Assembly (NCBI GenBank): GCA_013265495.1
Contig: MU058839.1
Location: 1-64,000 of the forward strand
Length of the DNA stretch: 64,000 nt
Source of the DNA: Vicugna vicugna
Lineage: Eukaryota
Direction of reading: 5' to 3'
Position 1 is the first letter of the stretch, and each line of letters opens with the position of its first letter. Shown here piece by piece: positions 26,975 through 40,325 of this stretch. The position numbers and the translations under genes are program-made. Under the pieces are notes generated by a model. It searched no databases. It was not told the DNA's origin and was given only the letters and a program-made list of their open reading frames with translations.

Positions 26975-27900
26975 ATGTTGGGTAATTTCTGCATCTCCAT
27001 TTCTTTGGGAGTAGTTACTGGAGGTTTACTGTATTCCTTTGGTGGAACCACATTTCTCTGATTCTTTGTGATCCCTGTAGCCTTGTGTAGGTGCCTGTGC
27101 ATTGAAGAAACAATCACCTCTTCCAAACTTTACGGACTGATTTCAGTTAAGGAAGCCCTCACCTATGGGTTGGGGCATGCTGGAGCCAGGTCTAGTAAGG
27201 CAGGGCTTCAAGTGCAGGAGTATATGGCTGAGTCAGTTTTGAGGGGCTGTGTGATGTCTCTGGCTCAGGCCACTAGAGTCCACAGCATTGATGTGCGGTC
27301 CCTGGTGAGTTCGGCAGGGTGTCTGCAGTAGCTGCAAGGGCTGTTTGAGTCCTTAGTGGCACCTCTAGGTTCAATGGCTGGGTATGAGAGCAGACAGTAG
27401 TGGTGGCCAGAGCTGAAGGTGTTCACACACTTGGCAGTGGGGGCCTATGCAGTGGCAGGGTCAGGTGCAGACCCACACGTACTCATGGCATCACAAGGCA
27501 GGCAGCATGGCTAGAGCCAGCTGTGGGTACACTGGGAGTGGCAGGGGCCCTGGTTGTGGATGTGTACAACTGTGACTGCTCAGTCTCACCATGGGCACGT
27601 GGCACTGGGGGCTGGTGACAGGGGCAGGCTGGGGGTGTGCAGGTGCACAGCTGGAGGATCTAGCTGCAGGTGGGTGCAATGGTGCCTGTCAGTGACAGAA
27701 AACAGGACCTCCTCCTGACCCACAAGCTGCTGCGAGGGCCCCTGGCTGTAGGCACACTCTCCCACGGCTACACAGCCTCTTCCTGGGCGTGCACAGGCAG
27801 GAGAGGCTGGTGATAGGCATTAGGTTAATGGCAGCGTGCAAGTGCACAGCTGGAGGGGCTCCCACAGCAGTGGGGTCTTGGCTGGAATCTTACACTTGAG
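26975..27900 (-). mobile_element. Old L1 5' UTR/ORF1-start fragment
   Basis: GTTACTGGAGGTTTACTGTATTCCTTTGGTGG...AATCACCTCTTCCAAACTTTAC followed by GC-rich, CpG-decayed 5' UTR-like sequence. Confidence 0.6.
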
Positions 27901-27914
27901 CAGCCACAGAGCCC

Positions 27915-28096
27915 AAGCCAAATTTGAATTATGGCTCCACTATCAATGACTGTATAACCTTGGGCAAGTGACATAATTTCTCTGTGCCTCAGTTTCCTCA
28001 TCTGTAAAATGGAGATAACTAATAATACCTAACCCACAGGATGGTTATGAGTGTTAAAATAGTCTGCATATACAAATCAGTTTAAACAGCATCTCA
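27915..28096 (+). mobile_element. MIR SINE
   Basis: ACCTTGGGCAAGTGACATAATTTCTCTGTGCCTCAGTTTCCTCATCTGTAAAATGGAGATAA core. Confidence 0.9.
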
Positions 28097-28538
28097 TGTG
28101 GCAGGCAGAATAATGGGCTCCCAATGATGGCCCCGTTCTAATTGCTGAAGCCTGTGAATCTGCTTCCTTACATGGCAAAAGGGTATTGCTGTGATTAACT
28201 TAAGGCTTCTGAGCTGGGAAGACTGTCCTAGAAGATTTGGGTAGTTTCAACATAATCACATGGGTCCTTATAATGGAAAAGAAGGAGATGAAAGATTCAA
28301 AGCCAGAGGAGAAATGAAGAGGAAGAGGTCAGAGTGGTGTCATCAGTGCTGGAAGGGGGCCTTTGAGCAATCAATGCAGGCAGCCTCTAGAAGCTGTAAA
28401 AGGTGATGAAATGGATTCTCCCTTCACTGTAGTCAAGTAAGACCCATTTCAAATTTCTTACCTACAGAACTGTAAGATAATATATTGTCCTAGTTTTAAG
28501 CCACTAAGTTCGTTGTGGTTTATTAGAAAACAAACACA
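28097..28538 (+). mobile_element. MLT1D-like MaLR solo LTR
   Basis: TGTGGCAGGCAGAATAATGG...TTACATGGCAAAAGGG...CAGAACTGTAAGATAAT...TTTTAAGCCACTAAGTT...AAACACA. Confidence 0.8.
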
Positions 28539-29150
28539 TCTGGCAGAGATTGACCTACATAAAGCTCAGGAAGTGCCCTTCATTTGCAGTCCCTGTTGTA
28601 AGAAGTCTGCCCAAATCCCCATTAGAAAAGTCGGAGAGCCCTGAGCCTCAGGAGCAGAGAGCCCATGCAATGGAGCAGTGGAAGGTGAGACCACGTGACT
28701 TTACAAGCTGTTATTCAGGGACACGTTTTGCTCTAACAAGGCTATATACCTATCTTTGAATAAAGGAGGCAGGAAAAGACTTTATGGCTAAAAATATTGT
28801 TCAGGGAAAGAAACATCCACATCTTCATCCTAGACAGTTTTAGGGTCAATGAACAAAAACTGTTTTAAAGCTATTCTGGAGCTATGGTGAGGCAAGTAGA
28901 ATAAGATGTCACTGCAGTTTGCTGGCTAAACACCATGGTAGCCAGGACCCAGGCAGCAGAGGTGGAGGAGTGTGAAAGGATCTGACAGGGCAGATGAACA
29001 GGAAGGGGGGTGGAGGGACAGGAAAGCAAGAAAAACAGTTTTTTTTTGTTTTGCTGAGGCAACTGGGAGGATGATTTTTTTTTTTTTTTTTTTTTTTGTT
29101 GGGGGAGGGGGGGGGTTTGGGGGTGTTTTTTTGGAAAAGAGGGGGTGGGG

Positions 29151-29785
29151 NNNNNNNNNNNNNNNNNNNNNNNNNNNNNNNNNNNNNNNNNNNNNNNNNN
29201 NNNNNNNNNNNNNNNNNNNNNNNNNNNNNNNNNNNNNNNNNNNNNNNNNNNNNNNNNNNNNNNNNNNNNNNNNNNNNNNNNNNNNNNNNNNNNNNNNNNN
29301 NNNNNNNNNNNNNNNNNNNNNNNNNNNNNNNNNNNNNNNNNNNNNNNNNNNNNNNNNNNNNNNNNNNNNNNNNNNNNNNNNNNNNNNNNNNNNNNNNNNN
29401 NNNNNNNNNNNNNNNNNNNNNNNNNNNNNNNNNNNNNNNNNNNNNNNNNNNNNNNNNNNNNNNNNNNNNNNNNNNNNNNNNNNNNNNNNNNNNNNNNNNN
29501 NNNNNNNNNNNNNNNNNNNNNNNNNNNNNNNNNNNNNNNNNNNNNNNNNNNNNNNNNNNNNNNNNNNNNNNNNNNNNNNNNNNNNNNNNNNNNNNNNNNN
29601 NNNNNNNNNNNNNNNNNNNNNNNNNNNNNNNNNNNNNNNNNNNNNNNNNNNNNNNNNNNNNNNNNNNNNNNNNNNNNNNNNNNNNNNNNNNNNNNNNNNN
29701 NNNNNNNNNNNNNNNNNNNNNNNNNNNNNNNNNNNNNNNNNNNNNNNNNNNNNNNNNNNNNNNNNNNNNNNNNNNNNNNNNNNNN
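29151..29785. other. Assembly gap (N run) with low-quality homopolymer flanks
   Basis: 635 N. Confidence 1.
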
Positions 29786-32700
29786 GGGTTTTTTTTTTTT
29801 TTTTTTTTTTTTTTGGCTAGGGAACTGGGAGGATTATGGGTAGTATTTTAGGAAAACAGGGAATGCTGGCCTAGAAGGAGGGGAGCGAGAGGCAAAGGTT
29901 CCATTCTGGAACTATTAGACAGCTCAACGGTGGTATCACAGACATGCAAGTCTGAAAGTCAGGAGAAGACATAAACTTGAGTGGTCAGTATAAATATGAA
30001 TTTAAAGCAGTGAGAACGAATGGAATTACCTAGAGAGAGAGGGCACAGATCTGCCTTTTATCATTGTAAAAGGCTCACCAGGCGATCCTCACATATCCCC
30101 AGGTGAGAACCACTGCATTAAAGCTAAATATAGGAACAGTGATTTGGTAAAAGAGAGTCTGTATTTCCAGCAGGGGTGTCACCATTACTGCAGTAGTTAC
30201 AAGCCAGTCAGCTGCTCGTTCAACTACACAGAAAAATCCAGCTATTTAGTAAGATCTCAGGCACTTAACAGGAAGGCATTTTGGTTGGACAAAATGGCAA
30301 GTTACCCAAGTGACTCCACTCCTTAAGATGTGCAGTGCTGAGTCCAGAAAGAGTGTGAACTGAGGCTGTGGCCACAGCTAAGTGTGTTAACTCTACTTCT
30401 CTATCAATAAGCCACAAACTGCAGTTACAAATGACCATTCAATGGTATTGCCCAGGTGCAAGGATTACTGTGCCTGAATCTCTTCCAAGGTATTGTCTTT
30501 GTGCTCCCACTTGTCCATTCAAAGAAAAAACTGCCCTCACCATATGAGCAGAAAGAATATTTAATTACAGAATACCCTGCCAAAACACAAGAGCAATGCA
30601 CTCTTTGCCCTGAAAATCATCATTCATAAAGCTTAAGTGTGACAGTAACAGAAGCTACTCAGAAGCAGGTATATGACAAGGGTGCCAAGTGACTGTGAAA
30701 GGGAAGAGCTGGGGCTCCAAGTTCACTGTCCCTTACTCCAGGTAAGGGACCCAAAAGACTCGTGGCTACACGTGGGTAACCACTTGCAGCTGCTAGAATC
30801 ACTGCAGAGTATCCCAGCCCTGACTTGGAATAACAAGAGGCCACACTGGTTTTCCCCATCTTTGTAATTGTCATCTTTTTACCACCTCCAAAAGTGTGGT
30901 CAGAGCTCCATTCACAGGCGCTTTCTCCACGGTGCAGGACACCACTCGACGTCCACCCTGATGGGTTTCCAGATATTCATTTAGATTGGAACCATATCGC
31001 CCTCACCCACACCAATCCAATATAGCTGCAGAGAAACCACTTCCTGTTGAGGCAACATTTTAGGCACCCAGCCATTGTATACAGTGAAATTCTGCAAAAT
31101 GGGTATCTTTTATAAAACGATTATTAGGACAAGGACTTTTAGGTAGTGCAAAATGTTTATGAAATATTTTCATACAATGCAGTTTTAATACTTTCAAATA
31201 CATTTAGGAAATGCAATTAAGCGGTACTAAGCAAATTAGATGTTGACTAATAGAACTGTTTCTTTAATTCAGCACTTCACAAACTTCCATGGACATTACT
31301 TTTCTTTACATTTTTTGCAACTTTCTCTAAAACCACACTATTTTTTCTTCTAAAACATATTTCATATTTTTAATGTAATTTCTAGTTCTAATGCATAGCA
31401 CTCTAAGGTAATATGTCAACAGTGTATCCCACCCAAGAACATGCATACAAGTTCATGGGATGCACTTTTAGACTGCAACAATTGCTGTCATGTATTCATC
31501 TGATCAAAGACTTCTGGTCAATATTGAAAATCTGTCTTGTATTTTTTGACACATGCCTGTCTTGGCACACTAGTGTTATTATGTACAATCCATTTACACT
31601 ACCTAAAGTCATTCTCCATGAAGGAATGGTATATCTTATATTTTAGGATCTGCTGATAAAAGTTCCATTGACATATGTTTACACAGTGATTTGGGAAAAT
31701 GCAATTTTAATTTAAGGAGAGAATAACTGTCGATAATGGAAAAAGTAAATCAACCTAAACGGTGTTAGCTTATTAAAATAAACGCAATTGACATGTCTGA
31801 GGTCGTTTTTCATAAGAAATGGTTCTAGGGAACCTCTGAAGGCAGGATTGTATTAAGTAGATAATCAGCCTACCTTCAATCTTGTTTATAGTAATCATTC
31901 CCTGAATAAGCCCCTCTATTCCTTACCAGACAGGTGTTTAGGCAAGCCCCACTTGAATCATTATAAATTCTGAATTTCCTTACTTTTCTTTACAAGCACC
32001 AAAGATTCTAAAGTTTTACAGATCCTTTCCTACTGACTTTATAAAAATCTGTCTGAACCAATTGATTTACAAGGGCAAGCGGGACACGGTAAACACTACA
32101 GAAGCAACACTAAGGCCCAATGTAACATGAAAGAATATACAACAGCAAACTGTTAAATATCATACTGTCAGCTATTAAAGATGAGTTAAAGATACAAATT
32201 TCTTGGGTTCATCAATTTTTTTTTTCTTTCAAACAATTACTGCTTAGATTTCCCCTGAAAGTCACAAGAAATATCTTGCATCTTGAGTGTTGTCATTTGG
32301 CCCTACAAATTTTCAAGAGTTGGCCTGAGACAAAAATGTTCCTTACTTCTTCAGTTTGGGGTGGGGGTGGGGAGTCAGCCACCAATCAAATGGGAGAGGC
32401 TCTTCTTTACTAAAAACTAAAAACAAGAGGCGGTTTGGGGACAGTCCCAGAAATTTGTCTGCTCTTCAGAACAACCTTGAGCTATGAGGCCCCTCCCTAT
32501 TTAGAGTGCTGCCTTTTGGTCTTTAATAAATCTCTCTCTCTTCCTCCTTCTCCCCACCGCCCCTCCACACACACACCACAGGCGTAAACACACAGAGTAA
32601 TCTATCTTTTGTTCTTATAACCTAGAAAAAAATAATTTAGTCCCATAATTTGGACCAAAGATGAGATGGGCCGTTTTTAGTTTCCTACTGAAAGGCTTCT

Positions 32701-35697
32701 TTGAAATCCTTCCATATGATAGCCTTATCTTCTTGGGTATGCTGATCAATGAGCTGGTTTCTGACCGCTTGAATACAAGCTGCTTCATTTTATTAACATC
32801 TGCTACCCAGTAATCTTAACCTATGAAGCGTAGCTTTTGGCTATAAGAAATGTTACTTGGCTCCCTGCTCTCTTCTCACAAAGCCAAGTCCCAAGTGAGC
32901 GCACTCAGTCTGGACTGCGCTGATGAGCACCAGGTCAGCACCTCCCTTCCCTGACCTCTCACTCTGGCACCCCAGCACACTTGGCTATTTCCACTCATAT
33001 CCACCTCATCATAAATGAAGCTGAATGTGGCTTTCCAAACCAGCTTATCCTTTAAACTATCCCCTTCTGCAAATAATACAAGCAGTCTCCAAATGCCTCA
33101 AAGGAAAAAGGAGGGAGAAGCTTTTTTCCTCAAACCACCCATCATTACCCTTATCAAATCTGTTAGAAAGCTCGGATGCTTCTTTTTACAAAATGTCTCC
33201 GCGCTTTTCCTCTTCCTCCTGATTCTAGCCAGTTCAATACTGGTATAGGGATTTACTGCCTTATGTCTGTATTACCTCAAACAGATTCTCAGCTGCCTTC
33301 CTGCTTCTGAGTCTTCCTACACACTGCTACCAGAATAAGCTAGATTGAATATTCTCTTAGCTCCCTTCCAGGTCTAAAATTTTCTATGAAATTAATTCTT
33401 CAACAAGCTTTTCTCAAGCAGCTTCCTGATATACTCAATAACTCCAAGTGGTTCACTACCATCCAAGACAGAACTCCTTGCACCGGCTCTCAGGGCAATT
33501 CACAATCTGATCCCAAACTACCTGTGGTGTGTTCCCAACTACTCTTCACAAGCACTGAAGATCAGAAATCAAACCAATGTCCTCACCTCTCCTCATGGTG
33601 CCAGGCTCCTTCATGACTCCAAGCCTTCGGAAGCACTGTACTTCACACTAAGAAGGTTCTTTGTCCTATCAAAGTTCTACCCAATCGGAAAAGCCTAGCT
33701 TCTGTCCCACATCCTTTGGTCAATCTGAGCTAGGCCATTACACAAATTTAATTCTGAATTCTCTCTAAGACCTTTGCCCTTATATAAAGAATATTAATTA
33801 AGATCATGGACTCTTGTTTTATTTTTAGCTCTACTATATCCCCAGAGCCTACACCAGGCACCTGGTACATAGTAGGTACACCATAAATCTCTGTTCTTTA
33901 CTAATAATTAGCATTTTCTGAACATTTGCCATGTGTCAGGCACTGTCCTAACTTTTAACAATTAACTCTTTTAATGAGTAATTAAGTAACACTCAACTGT
34001 CTCTAATTGTTTCACAAACAGAAGTTGTGTCTCCTCAAATAACCAAGAAGCTCTTTTAAACAAAGTAACATATCTGGTATGTCTATCACAATTTGCATAG
34101 TACCTAGCACATAGTGAGTTCTCAAATATATGCTGGTACTACAGGAAAGCCACTGAATTACAGGCCAGCAAGCATATCCCAGATACACCATGACTAGTTA
34201 TGAGGCCTGGGGCAAAAAAAAAAAAAACCCAAAACAAACAAAAACTCTGCTAAGGTCCAGTTTATGTGCTTCAGTGTCCTTATTTGAAAAATCAAAGACT
34301 AAATTACGTAACCTGGAAAGGCCCTCTAGACTCCAAAATTCTGTCTTATTTTTCACATTATGACTTTTCTAGGGGTGCTGATGACTGTTAAGAGAATGAC
34401 TACCTCACTGGATTCAAAAAATGCAAATTCAGGGCTTATTTAAGTAGAAAATAATTCTGAGAATGATTCATATTCTCGGGGTTCCATCCTCTTATGCTCC
34501 ACAGGTAAAAACGTTACCACAAAGGCCAGGACCCATGAAGTCTACATTCCTCCACACCTATGGTAAGGAAAAGAGAGTAAACGCCGCAAAGTACATCCTC
34601 AGCCCCAAAGTACAGCCTCATCCCGAAGAGGAAGAGCTTCCCATCAAAAAATGAAATGCCATGAGTCCTGGAAGAAACATGTATTTAAAATAAAAACTTC
34701 ATCAGCAAATTCCCCAGCTCTCCAGACTCCTAACTTAGGACAATGAGGTTCCCTGGTGGGATTGGGGTCCATTTGGGACCTGCTCTGCCTTTGCAGAAGG
34801 CATTTAATTTCTCTGGACTTCCAAAGGCAACCACCTGCAAAGGAAGCCAGTGCAGAAATCTATTTACATATGAAAAATGCACAAATGCATATATTTTAAA
34901 ATTGGGGGGAAAAAAACACTTAAAAGTTGCACCACCAGTCAATGAGATGCATTACACCCATTTTGTCCTGGCTAAGTGTACTGCGCTTTAATGATAACAG
35001 TAAAATGTCTGAGGACACACAAGGGAGGGTGGCCTGTGCCACAAGGAATGATGAAAGCCACACATAATCTTTAAGAAGCATGAAGAAGGATCAGAATTAG
35101 CAGGAATTAATTACTCTTGGATAAGCAGAGTAGCACGGCGCCCCTGCAGACATGCCAATAGTTAGTTCTTTGCCTCCAAGTTGAGCAGTCTTCAGGGTCC
35201 CAGAGAGGACTGCCAAGTTCCATCCTAGATCTACAGTTTATAAAGAAAATATCTGGACCTGGCCTCTCCTTCCACAGGACTAACCAATCCAAGCAGTCAG
35301 AGTAGGCTCAGAATTCAGCCCCTCTTGTGAATTACAGAAAATCCAAAATACAATGAAGTCACAGTTTGCAATCTTGAGACTGGATCAATTTTGCATAGTT
35401 CATGCCCTAGAACCCTCCATCCCAGAGCAGTCCCACAGTGAGAAATCTTCAGGTGATAGAAGGGAAACAAATTAAACACATCAAGCACGTCCATGCTCTA
35501 GCACACATGCACCCCAGGGATGCTTGGAAATCTATGAAACACATAGATGACATGAGTTTTAAACCACACTCTAAAAGCATAAACTAAGTTTGAGTAATGT
35601 TTACCTCATAACCAGATTACAATAATTTTGTTTATTTTTAATTAACCTATTTCTGCTTCAACAGATCTAACTGCACTATTTACCTCCAATATTAAAA

Positions 35698-35955
35698 AGG
35701 GGATTGGCAAACTTTTTCTGCAAGGGCTTAGACAGCACATATCTTAGTCGATGTGGGCCACACTGTTTCTGTCACAACTATTCAACTCTGCCCTTGTAAT
35801 ACAAAAGCCTCCAGAGATGATTGGATTTGCAGAGGAAGGAGTGTGGCCACATCATGAAATCTTTAACCATTTAAAAATGTTAAGACTCATTCTTGGTTTG
35901 TGGTCTACAAAAACAGGTGGCAGTCTGGACTGGGCCCCCAGATACTGACTTCGGC
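35698..35955 (+). mobile_element. MER58-like hAT-Charlie element
   Basis: GGGGATTGGCAAACTTTTTCTG...CTGTCACAACTATTCAACTCTGCCCTTGTA...ACAAAAACAGGTGGCAGTCTGGA. Confidence 0.8.
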
Positions 35956-36704
35956 AGCGTTCAAGACCAAAGCCCGTGGGACAAAAACGAAGGAAGAAGG
36001 ATATTTGCCCAGAACATCATTCTTCTCCTACCCCTGCCTCCACCCTCCTTTCTTAAAAAAAGAAAATGCTCCTTAGAACAAAATGAAGTGAACAAGAGGG
36101 AAGTCTCCATCCACTTTCTTTCCCTGCTTTTTCTAATCGCAGTAAGGAATACAAAATGCAGTAACCAAAATCATCAGAATTCACAGAAATAAAACAAGCA
36201 GTATACTGAAGAAAGTAAACAGCTTGCCTGAGAAATTTTCAGAGATCTCGAATTATTTTTCCATAGGCTTTCATACTACTTTATTACTAATCAATATATT
36301 TTATCTTCCTGTTCAAAAAGGCAAGGAAAATAAATGTGAACTACTACTAACCTCTAGCTCAGCTTGCAGAAAGTAAAAGATGATCTATTTACTATCACCA
36401 GACCATATACTTTTCTCAGAATAATAAGTACATCCAATTTTTTAAAAAATTAAGTTTCATTATAATAATCTTCCATTTTTAACTTCCATATGAACATAAT
36501 CCACCCTTGTATTTTCTGTAACATATTGCAATGTAGATCCATAAAAATGTAAGTGAATTTTGGGCTTCCAGAGAAAGGATACATTTCAGTCATCAAAAAA
36601 ATGCTGGTCATTCTTTTGAGTATTACAGTTAAGGCTTTTGATCACTCTTTCCTAAAATGCAAAGTGCTAACAAAGTGTAATGGGTGTGAAGCATGGGCCT
36701 TTGG

Positions 36705-36900
36705 CTAGACAGGGTCGATTTTTTTCGCCCAGAAAACACTTGACAATGTCTGGAGACATTTTTGATTGCTGCAAGCTGGGGAAAGGTGTTTCTAGCTTGT
36801 ACTGGGTAGAGACCAGGGATGATGCTAAACATTCTACAGTGCATAGGACAGACCTCACACCAACGAATCCAGCTCCAAATTGCAGAGGCAAAGAGTCTGT
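36705..36900 (+). mobile_element. MER20 hAT-Charlie element
   Basis: ACTTGACAATGTCTGGAGACATTTTTGATTG...GGGTAGAGACCAGGGATGATGCTAAACATTCTACAGTGCATAGGACAG. Confidence 0.88.
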
Positions 36901-39619
36901 CAGGCAGCCAAAGGCAGAGTATGTACAGGTTTAAACCAGCATGCTTCAAGGTTGATCAGTTCTTTAGATACAATATGTTAAATTCATAAATTTAATATAA
37001 AATATTTACTGGATACTATGCACTGGTCTGCATAAATGTACAAAATAACTTTGCCTTAAATACTATCTCATGGAAAAGCTACATTATAACCGCAAGAGAC
37101 TGAGTTTATTCAAATCAAATGATTTACTTCCTTCCTATCACAAGGCAACTTGAGCAATACTCACGCACTAGGTCTGAACTCCATTTCTGTATAATCAACT
37201 CTCAAATGTGCTTGAACCTAAACATGGTTTCAACCTTATAGTTAGTAGTTTGGGCATGATACCTATAAGTGAAACAGAAACTCGTTTTAGTTAATATGGT
37301 CTACTTCCTCTCCTGATCAACCTAAGAATCACAACTATGAAAAGAAGCTAAATTTACTCTTTAGAGTTTCTCTTTCTCCTCTCTTTAGTTCTACATGAAT
37401 ATAAAAGCTGATGCTACCAGGAACTTGACCACTAGGACAGAAGGGGCCAAAAACACAATGAGGCCTTTACAAGCCAGCAACCAGAGGTTATATCCCAGCT
37501 GTTGAATATCCGTCCATTTTCTTAAAGATCTCCAACGAAGTGAAGGAACAAGGGAAAACTAAGACTACTGGACTCAAAAAACAAAGTAAAGCAAGGGATC
37601 AGCAGTAGCTACTGAACTACTCCTTCTAGGAAAATCTCGACACTCAGTCCAATCTGTCAAAAAAGGCCAAAGCTTTAACAGCTATCACCAAAAGCAATAG
37701 CTGACTCAAAGTAAAATCAACAAGGAAAAGTGGTAATTTTAGTCAATGTTTTGCCTACAGTCCAGATAGATATCCTTTGATGAGACAGAGAAAATGCCCT
37801 TCAGATAAATAGGATTGCAACATCTCCCAAGCAAAAGTATTTGTGTAGGCCCTGATACCGTGCTGATCTGGAAACAAGACATTCAATCCAATTTAAAAAA
37901 TAACAAACTTAAGCCTTCAGACCAGATGCAGTCAAGAGTGTCTGTCCCATTTGGCAGAGAAGCAGCAGCTTGGGTCTTAATGAAACATGCTGAGGAGGAG
38001 GAGTCCTGAAAGATTGCTGGACTCAGGAGAGGGTGTAGGAAATCATTCTCTCCAGGGGCTTTCCCATCCCTGTACTCATTTCTCCTCAGTCCCTGGGTGC
38101 CACCACAATCAAAGTTCCATCACTTCCCCAAAGTCACAGATCTCAAAAAGTATATCCCAAGAAATGAAACTCCCTTATACACAACTGCACAAACCCCAGC
38201 AACAAATGCTATAGTTTACAAATAGAGTGCACTGGAGTATGGAGAAGCAGGGAAGATTATACTTTTCTATTTATCATTCATAAACTAAGATTCACAGATT
38301 TCTGAAAGTAGGAAAAAGAACTAGGGGATTGAGGTCAACTTTTGTTAAATAAATACTATGCTGAACTCCTGAAAAAGCACTAGAGAGGTAAAGTGTTTAA
38401 ACTTGTTTTTATACATGTATTATATTTTCACATTAAAAGTTAAAAAAAGGCATAGAACTTCCCACCTACCCATGTCTTTCAATCAAATACTTAGAGACAT
38501 TCACACTTTCTCACTTGATACGTGTTATCTGGGCACAAAGAGAAAAATCTAAACTTTACTCTCACATTTTCCATCAGTCTCAACCTCTGAACTTTCAAGA
38601 CTTAATATTAATCCCTATGATCATACGCTATACTAAAGATCAATCATTTGTTATACAAAACCTGACTCATTAATTCTCCAGATCCAAATATAAGACACTA
38701 ATAAGACATCCTGTTATACACAATGTAGATAGTAAGCAACTTGTGAAATCTGCTTGCAGGAAGTGATGAAGAATTTCAGGAAGACCTTAACCATGTTTCT
38801 CCTTTCCATCTGCTCGAATTCTGACATTACCTCAAAGCATCTTCAGGGCGTTAGGCCCTGGCCAGACTCTCATTCAGAGTGGAATTTTTATTAATTTTTC
38901 TAGCTGAGATTTATTAACCCTGAAATATATACACAAGCTAAAACAGACAAGGCCACCTGTTGCCTCCAGGCCTCCAAGGAATTCCTCCCAGAAGCACAGG
39001 AGATTTCCAAAGACTATCTCAGAGACAGGCAGCTGCTCCAGGGTGGGAGAAACTGGAGCACCTGCAGTTCCGCCCACTTCCACCCTAGAGTCTGGCCAAA
39101 TGATGGAAAACATAGACTTGTGGGAGGAGGGAAAAATAACGAAAGATAGAACAACAGCAAATAGATTGCTCTCAATCAAGGACAGTTTTAAAACAGATCT
39201 TGCTTACAAGATGGACCAAATATATACCTTACTGAAGGTTCCATGTTAGCTGGAAGAAACTAAAATGGACAATTCAGAGGAAGTCAGTCCCTTCCTAGAG
39301 AAATCATTCTACTAGACACTAAAAATGATTTATAGTGACTGACTAGCTTGGCTCTATTAAACCCAAGGAATTCAGTACCCAAATTCATCAAAGAAATATA
39401 ATATAGTACAACCTAGTTTTGCTATGTTTGGTGTTCTCATCAAAGTAAGGTTTACATAGGAGTTAGAAGCAGTGAAAGAAACAAAAATCAACTCAAATGC
39501 TGGGATGCTATGCTGCATAATAGTTTTCATTATAATATCTAGCTCTAAAGTGAACTAGAAGACATTCTGGAGGAGGTATAAATCTCAAGCATTAAATGTT
39601 TCATAAAATGGAGCACATT

Positions 39620-39663
39620 CAGTGGTCTGGAACTAAACCTACAATATCTCTGAGGTACGCCTG
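39620..39663 (+). mobile_element. Orphan Tigger1 right terminus
   Basis: GTGGTCTGGAACTAAACCTACAATATCTCTGAGGTACGCCTG followed by TA; homologous to ~7675-7717. Confidence 0.85.
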
Positions 39664-40325
39664 TACCATATGACCCAGCAACTGTACTCCTGGGCATTTT
39701 CCACAGAGAAATGAGGTCTTTTGTTCACACAACAACCTGTACACAAATGTTTATAATGTTCACAGCAGCTTTATTCATAATAAACTGCCCCAAATTGGAA
39801 ACAACCCAGATGTTCCCTTCAATATGTGAATGGTTCAACGAACTATGCTCTATGGAATACTACTCAATAATAATAAGGAACAAAAGAAAAATGAAACGAT
39901 AAGAACAACAACAAAAAATAATAAGGAACAAATATGTAACAACTTGGATGAATCTCCAGATTTAAATTGACTGAAAAAAGCCAATCCCCAAAAGTTGCAC
40001 ACAATATGATTTTATTTCTCATTCTTGAAATGACAAAATTATAGAAAGTGAGAACAGATGAGTAGTTGCCAGGGGTTACAGGTGGGTGGAAACAGGAGGG
40101 AAGTGGGTATGGCCATAAAAGGCAATGGAAGGGGTCCTTGTGGTGATAGAAATGTACTCTATCTTGGCTGTAACAAGATACCAGTATCCAAGATGTGATA
40201 CTGTACTAGTCTTGCAAGATGTCACCACTGGGGAAAACTGTAAAGGATTCATGTGATCTCTTTGTATTATTTCTTATACTTGCATGTGAACCTGCAATTA
40301 TCTTAAAATCAAACATTTAATTTTT
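39664..40325 (+). mobile_element. L1MC1-like 3' end
   Basis: CCATATGACCCAGCAA...TGGAATACTACTCA...GACAAAATTATAGAAA...TTGCAAGATGTCACCACTGGGGAAAACTG...GCATGTGAACCTGCAATTATCT. Confidence 0.85.

Noticed and set aside
27068..27900. GC-rich patch resembling an intronic promoter or exon
   Set aside because: CpG-depleted and contiguous with antisense L1 5' sequence.
28972..29851. ORFs of 232-282 aa
   Set aside because: Artefacts of translating through the N gap.
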